In this document: piece after piece, positions 18,707 to 25,791 of the stretch
How the letters are laid out: the number at the start of each line of letters is the position of its first letter
Position numbering within the stretch: position 1 is the first letter of the stretch
Source of the DNA: Candidatus Cloacimonadota bacterium
GTDB lineage: Bacteria > Cloacimonadota > Cloacimonadia > JGIOTU-2
Assembly: GCA_049903315.1 (NCBI GenBank)
Contig: JBNGBT010000017.1
Span: 1 to 28,588 of the forward strand
Direction: 5' to 3'
DNA: 28,588 nt
Made by a program: the position numbers and the translations under genes
The notes under the pieces: model-generated
What the model was told of the DNA's origin: nothing
The model's input: the letters and a program-made list of their open reading frames with translations, nothing else
Database searches by the model: none

Positions 18707-18745
18707 TTGACACAAAAATAAACGAGCAAGTTTCTATTATATTAA
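18707..18745 (+). promoter_or_regulatory. Putative promoter of the pfkA-pfp operon
   Basis: TTGACA at 18707-18712 upstream of an AT-rich tract and ATG 18781; spacing to the best -10 (TATTAT) is non-canonical. Confidence 0.4.
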
Positions 18746-18780
18746 TTACATTACTCAATTATTGTATATATTTTAAAATT

Positions 18781-19878
18781 ATGAAAAAAAGATGTTTAGT
18801 GTTGACCGGCGGCGGTGACTGCCCCGGACTTAATGCGGTGATCAGGGCAATAGTCAAACGCGCTTCAAAGGAAGAAGACTGGGAAATCGTCGGAAGTATC
18901 GACGGCTTCAACGGAGTGCTCAAAGATTCCCGCGAACTGCGTGTGCTTTCATTAAGAACTGTTGCAGGTATTCATGTGCGCGGTGGGACGATCCTCGGCA
19001 CCACAAATAAAGGCGGTCCTTTTGCCTGGCCTGTGCAGGATGAAGAGGGCAATTGGACAGAGATCGACCGCTCAAAAGAGATGCTGGAAATCCTCAAAGA
19101 AGAAAATATCTCTGCCGTGATAAATATCGGCGGGGATGGCTCTCAATCCATTTCCCAAAAACTTTTTAATATGGGATTGAATATTGTGGGTGTCCCAAAA
19201 ACAATCGATAATGACCTTTCTGCAACGGATTTTGCTTTCGGATTCCAAACCGCAGTTGAGGTTGCGACCGATGCGGTCGACAAACTCGTCACTACTGCAG
19301 AAAGCCATCACAGAATTATTATTCTCGAAGTGATGGGACGTGCAGCCGGCTGGATCGCGCTGTATGCATCCATCGCAGGCGGTGCAGAGGTCTGCCTGAT
19401 CCCGGAAATTCCCTATGATATCCAAAAAGTAAAAGAGCTTGTGGAAGATCGCACTGAGGACAGAAGAGGATTCGCAAACATTGTCATCGCAGAAGGTGCA
19501 TATCCCAAGCACGGAACAGTTGTCGGGCAGGAAATCGATGAGATCGGCTACCACAATTTAAAACTCGGCGGCGCAAGCATCCGGCTCAAAAATGAGCTTG
19601 AAGATGCCGGTACTCAAGCAGATATACGTGTCACGATCCTCGGGCATTTGCAGCGAGGTGGTATTCCCTGTGCCTTTGACAGGATACTCGCAACCCAGTT
19701 CGGCGTGAAAGCATTTGAAATGGTGCTCGATAAAAAATTTGGTGAAATGGTTGCCTATAAAAATAATGATATAAAAAGTGTCCCAATCAAAGATGCAATC
19801 AATACATATAACCTGGTGAACGTGCACTCCAATCTTGTGCATACAGCCAGGGGAGTTGGCATCAGTTTTGGTGATTAA
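18781..19878 (+). CDS. pfkA: 6-phosphofructokinase, probably ATP-dependent (mixed-substrate/group III-like)
   Basis: LTGGGDCPGLNAVIRA, GGTILGT, IGGDGS (Gly at the phosphoryl-donor position), PKTIDND, EVMGR, LGHLQRGG.P...DR.LA. Confidence 0.9.
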   Translation: MKKRCLVLTGGGDCPGLNAVIRAIVKRASKEEDWEIVGSIDGFNGVLKDSRELRVLSLRTVAGIHVRGGTILGTTNKGGPFAWPVQDEEGNWTEIDRSKEMLEILKEENISAVINIGGDGSQSISQKLFNMGLNIVGVPKTIDNDLSATDFAFGFQTAVEVATDAVDKLVTTAESHHRIIILEVMGRAAGWIALYASIAGGAEVCLIPEIPYDIQKVKELVEDRTEDRRGFANIVIAEGAYPKHGTVVGQEIDEIGYHNLKLGGASIRLKNELEDAGTQADIRVTILGHLQRGGIPCAFDRILATQFGVKAFEMVLDKKFGEMVAYKNNDIKSVPIKDAINTYNLVNVHSNLVHTARGVGISFGD

Positions 19879-19899
19879 AATCATAACGGAGTACGCTGC

Positions 19900-21108
19900 A
19901 TGAGCGAGAAAAAAGACAGAATTGCAATTTTGACATCCGGGGGCATTGCTCCCTGCCTTTCCGCGGCAACAGGATTCCTGATCACAGAGTACACACGGCT
20001 CGTGCCGGATATGGAGATCATAGGTTATCTGAATGGCTATAAAGGACTTCTCGAGGGCAACAGCATTATTATATCAGACGAAGTTCGAAAAAAAGCAAAA
20101 TGTCTTCAAAAATACGGCGGAAGCGTGCTCGGCAACAGCCGCGTCAAACTCACCAATGTTGCAGACTGCGTAAAGAAGGGTTATATTCAGGAAGGACAGA
20201 ATCCTCTACAGGTTGCCGCCGAACAGCTTATGAATGACAACGTTTCCATCCTCCATACAATAGGTGGTGATGACACGAATATCATGGCATCAGAGCTTGC
20301 ATCCTATTTGAAGATGAACGGTTATGATCTTACTGTAGTAGGACTCCCAAAAACAGTCGATAATGATGTAATACCGATCCATCAAACCCTCGGTGCTGCA
20401 ACCGCTGCTGAGCAGGGTGCCGTTTTCTTTGAGAATGTTGCTAATGAAAACACAACCAGCTCACGCCAGCTTCTCATACATGAAGTAATGGGAAGGCACT
20501 GCGGATGGCTTACTGCTGCGACTGCGCGCGAGTATCGAAAACGTCTGAAGAAAAAAAGTTTTTTACCGGACATTCTGCTTGCTCGGGAACGCTGGGATAT
20601 CGATGCGATCTATATACCGGAAATGGGAATTGATATTGACGAGGAAGAAAAGCGCTTGAATCAGCTCATGGACAGCAAGGATTCGGTGAATATTTTCCTG
20701 AGTGAGGGCGCAGGAATGGAAACGATCGTATCTGAAATGGAATCAAAGGGTGAACCCGTCGTGCGTGACGCCTTCGGACATGTGCGCCTTGATGAACTCA
20801 ACCCGGGACAGTGGTTTGCAAAACGCTTCAAAACCATGCTGAAAGCAGATAAGGTGCTCGTTCAGAAAAGCGGGTATTTTGCACGCTCGGCACCTCCGAA
20901 CAAAGAAGACCTCGATCTTATTCAGAAAACCTGCATAGAAGCTGCACGTTGTGGACTCAACGGACAGAGCGGTGTGGTTGCCCTCGATGAAGATCACAAT
21001 AATGAACTCAGGTGTATCGGTTTCCAGCGCATCAACCGAGGTAAACCCTTTGACATACACCAGAAATGGTTTGAGAATATACTCCTAGATATAGGACAAA
21101 TCAGGTAA
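19900..21108 (+). CDS. pfp: Pyrophosphate--fructose-6-phosphate 1-phosphotransferase (PPi-PFK, Propionibacterium-type)
   Basis: LTSGGIAPCLS, GNSRVKLTNVADC, LHTIGGDDTN (Asp at the donor position), PKTVDND, HEVMGRHCGWLTAATA, RDAFGHV, VQKSGYFARSA. Confidence 0.92.
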   Translation: MSEKKDRIAILTSGGIAPCLSAATGFLITEYTRLVPDMEIIGYLNGYKGLLEGNSIIISDEVRKKAKCLQKYGGSVLGNSRVKLTNVADCVKKGYIQEGQNPLQVAAEQLMNDNVSILHTIGGDDTNIMASELASYLKMNGYDLTVVGLPKTVDNDVIPIHQTLGAATAAEQGAVFFENVANENTTSSRQLLIHEVMGRHCGWLTAATAREYRKRLKKKSFLPDILLARERWDIDAIYIPEMGIDIDEEEKRLNQLMDSKDSVNIFLSEGAGMETIVSEMESKGEPVVRDAFGHVRLDELNPGQWFAKRFKTMLKADKVLVQKSGYFARSAPPNKEDLDLIQKTCIEAARCGLNGQSGVVALDEDHNNELRCIGFQRINRGKPFDIHQKWFENILLDIGQIR

Positions 21109-21111
21109 AAT

Positions 21112-21402
21112 ATGAATATCAAATTTAAGGACATAAACACAGGGATCGTTCAGGCACGTGCCGTGATAGAAATAGACGAAGGCATTCTTCTTAATGAGAT
21201 CACTATTCTGAGAAAGGGCGGCGATATAATCGTAGAGCTTCCCCAAAAATCCTTCCGCGGCAAAGACGGCAAGATGTATTTTATGAATATCATCACCTTT
21301 GCCAACGAGGATAAAGAAAATTTTTTCAAACTCGAAATAAAGACAGAATATGAAAAATGGCGAGGACAAAATCCCAAGATCCTCGTGTATGAAAATAAAT
21401 GA
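21112..21402 (+). CDS. SpoVG-like small nucleic-acid-binding protein
   Basis: 96 aa; pattern G...A.A.I.ID....L..I.I......I.V.LP.K....DG..Y..I......E.......I..EY resembles the SpoVG fold; divergent. Confidence 0.6.
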   Translation: MNIKFKDINTGIVQARAVIEIDEGILLNEITILRKGGDIIVELPQKSFRGKDGKMYFMNIITFANEDKENFFKLEIKTEYEKWRGQNPKILVYENK

Positions 21403-21422
21403 ATTTTTTTGAAAGGTATAAT

Positions 21423-23885
21423 ATGAAACACGCGTTATTTTTTTTGCTCATCATCCTCATTGCCAGCAGCTTGTATGCAGGAACCGGAGATGTGCAGGAA
21501 ATCTATTTTAGTTTTGAAATTATAGAACGAAGCGAGCTCGAGCAGCTCACACGCATCGTGTCCATCGATAATGTGGACGGAAATACCGTCTATGCATATG
21601 GGCATCCCCAGGATATCTCCGAGTTAAAAAGTCTCGGATATGAGATAACGGAACTTCCCCACCCGGGAAAACTTATTATTCCTAAAATGGCACCGACACT
21701 TCGTGAAGTGCGCGACTGGGATTATTATCCAACATATGATCAGTACATCGCTATGATGTACCAGTTTGCATTCGACTATCCCAATCTTTGCAGGATCGTG
21801 GACATCGGCAGTACCGTTGATGGACGCCAGCTTCTCTTTGCAGTAATTTCCGATAATGTGGGTATTGAAGAAGACGAGCCGGAATTTATGTACACCGCAA
21901 CAATGCACGGTGATGAAACGACAGGATACGTACTCATGCTGAGACTGATCGATTACCTGCTTTCCGGCTACGGCTTCGATCCCGAAGTAACAGAAATGGT
22001 AAACGAGATCGAAATTTGGATCAACCCCCTTGCGAATCCGGACGGAACTTATTACGGAGGTAATAATAATATTTATGGCGCTAGGAGAGTTAATGCAAAC
22101 AGCGTAGATATAAATAGGAATTTCCCTGACCCGGAAGATGGACCCCACCCAGATGGACATGCCTGGCAACCGGAAACTATTGCGATGATGGATATCGCAG
22201 AAGCGAATTCTTTCATCCACTCCGCAAACTTCCATGGTGGTGCAGAAGTAGTGAACTATCCCTGGGATACATGGGCAATCCTCCACGCGGATAATGACTG
22301 GTACTATGACATTTCACGTGCCTTTGCCGATACCGTACATCTTTACTCTCCAGCGACTTATATGAATTTTATGAATAATGGTATAACAAATGGATACGAA
22401 TGGTACACGATCAGTGGCGGTCGTCAGGATTATATGAACTGGTTCCAGGCATGCAGAGAGGTTACAATCGAGATCTCGGACACTAAACTGCTCCCCGCAT
22501 CACAGCTCGATGCACACTGGACATACCTAAAGCGTTCATTTATCAAATATATACAGAATGTCTATTATGGCATCCGGGGCATTGTCACGGACTCGCTTGG
22601 CAATTCGCTCGATGCAAAGATCACGGTTGTCGATCACGATTTTGACCACTCTGAGGTGTACACAGACCCTGATGTGGGTGATTACCACAGAATGCTTCTG
22701 CCTGGTGTGTATGATATAACGGTCAGCGCTTATGCTTTCATACCTCAAACTATAACCAACATCACGGTTTCCGACACAGGTGCAACCCGGGTTGACGTAG
22801 TCCTTGTTGAAGCAGAATCAGTCGATATAACCGGCACTGTCCGGGATGGAGATACATATACACCTATCATCGGCGCAAGGGTTGAGATAGTTGATTCTGT
22901 TCACGCTCCTGTCTATACCGGCTTTGACGGCACGTATGCGATTGATAACGTGATGGAAGGAACCTATACATTCAAAGTCTCTGCGGACGGCTACAGCAGT
23001 CTGACCGAAGATATTACTGTCACCCAGCTCAATAACGTAATAAATTTTAATCTTTATCAACCCTACCTTTTCTGGGATTTCGAACAGAATGACGGAGACT
23101 TTACCAGCAACAATCCAAGCGGATGGCAGTGGGGAGAGCCCTCTGCAGGAGGTATCAATGCATACTCCGGCATTAAAGTATGGGCAACAAATCTCAGCGG
23201 CTACTATGTTGATAATGCACACTGGTATCTTGATTCACCTGCAATTCAACTTGGCAACAATCCCATGCTCGAATTCTATCATTTGCATTATTTTGAAGGA
23301 AGTTCAACCTTGTACGACGGTGGGAATGTAAGCATTTCAACCAACGGAGGGGGTTCATTTGGACTTCTGACACCGGTCGGTGGATACGACGCCAATATAA
23401 GCGCATTGAGTCAGCAGGGATATGGCGGAACTCGCACCGAGTGGACCCTTGCACAGTTCAGTCTGGCGTCGTATGCAAACCAGGAGATTATCTTGCGCTG
23501 GCATTTCGCTTCAGATTATTCTGTGCACGAATACTACGGCTGGTATGTCGATGATGTGGCTATTATCGAACTTGTCGGAACGAATGATCCTGTTCCTGGA
23601 AATAATGAGCTCATACTCGGGCAGAATTTCCCGAACCCATTCAGGGGTTCAACAACTATTGCCTTTTCACTTCCCAAAGATCTGTCTGGATCTACCTTAA
23701 AAATATACAATCTGAAAGGACAGCTCGTATCCGAAAACTTGCTCAAAGATAACGAAACTTCCTTAATATGGAACGGAAAGGATATGACGCAAAAGCCTGT
23801 AAGTAGCGGTGTTTATTTCTACCGAATCCAATCAAAAGATTATTCTTCAGACATCAAAAAAATGATATTATTAAATAGTGAATAA
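21423..23885 (+). CDS. M14 zinc carboxypeptidase (N/E-like) with two carboxypeptidase-regulatory domains, a jelly-roll domain and a CTD
   Basis: Start moved to ATG 21423 (MKHALFF..., GAAAGG upstream); HGDE, NPDG, DINRNFP, SANFHGG, NYPWD, GGRQD, catalytic E in VTIEIS; GWYVDDV jelly-roll end; CTD QNFPNPF...IYNLKGQ...SSGVYFY. Confidence 0.92.
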   Translation: MKHALFFLLIILIASSLYAGTGDVQEIYFSFEIIERSELEQLTRIVSIDNVDGNTVYAYGHPQDISELKSLGYEITELPHPGKLIIPKMAPTLREVRDWDYYPTYDQYIAMMYQFAFDYPNLCRIVDIGSTVDGRQLLFAVISDNVGIEEDEPEFMYTATMHGDETTGYVLMLRLIDYLLSGYGFDPEVTEMVNEIEIWINPLANPDGTYYGGNNNIYGARRVNANSVDINRNFPDPEDGPHPDGHAWQPETIAMMDIAEANSFIHSANFHGGAEVVNYPWDTWAILHADNDWYYDISRAFADTVHLYSPATYMNFMNNGITNGYEWYTISGGRQDYMNWFQACREVTIEISDTKLLPASQLDAHWTYLKRSFIKYIQNVYYGIRGIVTDSLGNSLDAKITVVDHDFDHSEVYTDPDVGDYHRMLLPGVYDITVSAYAFIPQTITNITVSDTGATRVDVVLVEAESVDITGTVRDGDTYTPIIGARVEIVDSVHAPVYTGFDGTYAIDNVMEGTYTFKVSADGYSSLTEDITVTQLNNVINFNLYQPYLFWDFEQNDGDFTSNNPSGWQWGEPSAGGINAYSGIKVWATNLSGYYVDNAHWYLDSPAIQLGNNPMLEFYHLHYFEGSSTLYDGGNVSISTNGGGSFGLLTPVGGYDANISALSQQGYGGTRTEWTLAQFSLASYANQEIILRWHFASDYSVHEYYGWYVDDVAIIELVGTNDPVPGNNELILGQNFPNPFRGSTTIAFSLPKDLSGSTLKIYNLKGQLVSENLLKDNETSLIWNGKDMTQKPVSSGVYFYRIQSKDYSSDIKKMILLNSE

Positions 23886-23908
23886 ATAATAACGAATAGC
23901 TAATAACC
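23874..23908 (+). repeat. Degenerate 7-bp tandem array upstream of the four-helix-bundle gene
   Basis: AATAGTG AATAAAT AATAACG AATAGCT AATAACC; overlaps the last codons and stop of the M14 gene. Confidence 0.8.
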
Positions 23909-23912
23909 GGTT

Positions 23913-24293
23913 ATGAAAGATAGTATCTTGCGTAATAAGTCATTTGATTTTTCGAAACGAATTATAAAACTTTATAAATATTTAATTGATGATAAAAAAG
24001 AATTCGTTTTATCCAAGCAATTGTTAAGAAGTGGAACCTCTATTGGAGCAAATATAAGAGAAGCAAGATATGCTCAAAGTAAAAAAGACTTTATTTCAAA
24101 AATGAGTATTGCGTTAAAAGAAGCGAGCGAAAGTGAATACTGGATTGAATTATTGAAAGATGAATATCTGACAGAAAAGGAAACAAATTCTATAATTGAA
24201 AATCTCATTGAAATCATAAAAATGTTGACTACAAGTATAAAAACTGCAAAAAAAATTAAAGTAAATGATAAAGATGTGAATGAAAAATGGTGA
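23913..24293 (+). CDS. Four helix bundle protein (23S rRNA intervening-sequence protein family)
   Basis: KSFDFSKRII.LY..L...KEFVLSKQLLRSGTSIGANIREA..AQSKKDFISKMSIALKEASESEYWIELL; visibly more AT-rich than its neighbours. Confidence 0.93.
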   Translation: MKDSILRNKSFDFSKRIIKLYKYLIDDKKEFVLSKQLLRSGTSIGANIREARYAQSKKDFISKMSIALKEASESEYWIELLKDEYLTEKETNSIIENLIEIIKMLTTSIKTAKKIKVNDKDVNEKW

Positions 24294-24347
24294 ATAGTGA
24301 TGAATTTAAAACTTTAGTTATTCACTATTCATTAGCCGTTGTTCACT
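24276..24347. repeat. Direct and inverted 7-bp arrays downstream of the four-helix-bundle gene
   Basis: GTGAATG AAAAATG GTGAATA GTGA, then inverted AGTTATT CACTATT CATTAGC CGTTGTT CACT; TGAATAGTGA (24291-24300) pairs with TCACTATTCA (24322-24331). Confidence 0.8.
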
Positions 24348-24364
24348 AAAAAAACGGAGGTATA

Positions 24365-25273
24365 ATGGCAAAAATACTGATTAGCGATCCTGTTTCGACA
24401 GAATGTATTGAGCTTCTTGAACGAGCAGGACACGAACTGGATATTAAAACGGACAAAAAAACTCCCGAAGAACTCGCAGATATGATAAAAGGTTACGACG
24501 CAGTAGTGATCCGCAGTGCGTCAAAAGTCCGTAAAGTCGCGATCGATGCAGCCGACAAACTGAAACTCATTGTGCGCGGTGGTGTCGGCATTGACAATAT
24601 TGATCATGAATATGCCCGTTCAAAAGGAATTACAGTCTCGAACACACCGACCGCATCCTCTCAATCCGTTGCCGAACTCGCTCTTGCACACATGCTTGGG
24701 CTATACAGATTTATCCCACAGGCAAATATCACTATGAGAAATGGCGAGTGGAATAAGAAGCAGTACAAAGGCAAGGAATTGGCTGGAAAAGTCCTTGGTA
24801 TTATCGGATTCGGAAATATTGGAAAATCCCTTGCCAAAAAAGCGATTGCCCTCGATATGAGAGTGCTCGCATATGATCCGTATGTTAAAGAAACGGATAT
24901 GAATGTGGAGATCCTTGACCTCGACACACTGGTGAAACGTGCGGACATTATTTCTCTTCACATTCCGCATACAGACAGCACGCACTATATTATTAATGCA
25001 GATAATATTGCTAAGATGAAAGACGGCGTAATGATCATAAACTGTGCCCGTGGCGGCGTGGTTGATGAAAAAGCACTTCTCGAAGGCTTGAACTCGGGCA
25101 AAGTGGCATTTGCAGGTATTGATTCTTTTGAAGAGGAGCCGACTACTAACCTAGAACTTGTTTCTCATCAGAATGTATCTGTGAGTCCGCACATTGGTGC
25201 GTCAACCAAAGAAGCTCAGGACCGTGTGGGATTGGAAGTAGCGGAAGTTATTATTGATTTCTTCAAAAATTAA
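24365..25273 (+). CDS. D-isomer-specific 2-hydroxyacid dehydrogenase (short SerA-like, no ACT domain)
   Basis: VIRSASKV, RGGVGIDNID, NTP.A...SVAE, GIIGFGNIG, ADIISLHIP, INCARGGVVDE, SPHIGASTKEAQ; GGAGG RBS. Confidence 0.9.
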   Translation: MAKILISDPVSTECIELLERAGHELDIKTDKKTPEELADMIKGYDAVVIRSASKVRKVAIDAADKLKLIVRGGVGIDNIDHEYARSKGITVSNTPTASSQSVAELALAHMLGLYRFIPQANITMRNGEWNKKQYKGKELAGKVLGIIGFGNIGKSLAKKAIALDMRVLAYDPYVKETDMNVEILDLDTLVKRADIISLHIPHTDSTHYIINADNIAKMKDGVMIINCARGGVVDEKALLEGLNSGKVAFAGIDSFEEEPTTNLELVSHQNVSVSPHIGASTKEAQDRVGLEVAEVIIDFFKN

Positions 25274-25285
25274 AAAAGTACTATT

Positions 25286-25705
25286 ATGATAGAAAAAAAA
25301 TACAGTTCGGTTTATTGCATTCGGATGATCCATGGAGAGGATTTCCTTGCTCAGCTTAATGCACTTGCGGAGAAGCAGGATTTTAAAAATGCTATTATTA
25401 TAAATGGGGTGGGTATGCTCAAAAGTGCTAAGATCGGGTATTTATTTGGAGGCACATACCAGATAAAGACGATCGGCGACCCGGCAGAGCTTGTTTCGAC
25501 CAGTGGTAATATGTATATCAATCCTGCGGGTAAGCATGAGTGGCATGTGCATGTGGCGCTTGCTGAGAAATCTCACGAGTTGCTCGGTGGGCATCTGCTG
25601 GGAGGTATTGTGTGGAACACCGCAGAAATTTTCCTGCAGATCATCCCAGATGCACGTTTCGTCCGCGAGACCGAAGAGGGAAATCTTCGACTGAATTTTA
25701 AATAA
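25286..25705 (+). CDS. PPC-domain (DUF296) putative DNA-binding protein
   Basis: R...GED, GVGML, ELVSTSGN, HVHVAL, GGHLL, TAEI. Confidence 0.88.
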   Translation: MIEKKYSSVYCIRMIHGEDFLAQLNALAEKQDFKNAIIINGVGMLKSAKIGYLFGGTYQIKTIGDPAELVSTSGNMYINPAGKHEWHVHVALAEKSHELLGGHLLGGIVWNTAEIFLQIIPDARFVRETEEGNLRLNFK

Positions 25706-25711
25706 ATTATT

Positions 25712-25756
25712 CGGGCAGGTTGATCGAAGAGTGATCTCCTGCCCGTTTTTGTTTTT
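25712..25756 (+). terminator. Rho-independent terminator after the PPC-domain gene
   Basis: CGGGCAGG (25712-25719) pairs with CCTGCCCG (25738-25745), inner GATC/GATC pairing, followed by TTTTTGTTTTT. Confidence 0.8.
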
Positions 25757-25791
25757 GGATTACTTTTTTTGTAACCCAAAGGAGGTACTCA

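Noticed and set aside
23913..24293. True 23S rRNA intervening sequence or DGR avd gene
   Set aside because: The flanks are protein-coding genes rather than rRNA, and no RT or TR is adjacent; only the family relationship holds.
18650..24347. CRISPR array interpretation of the periodic tracts
   Set aside because: Units are 7-10 bp, contiguous and without unique spacers; no cas genes.
24365..25273. Assigning the symbol serA
   Set aside because: The family is clear but the substrate is not; there is no ACT domain and no adjacent serC in the window.
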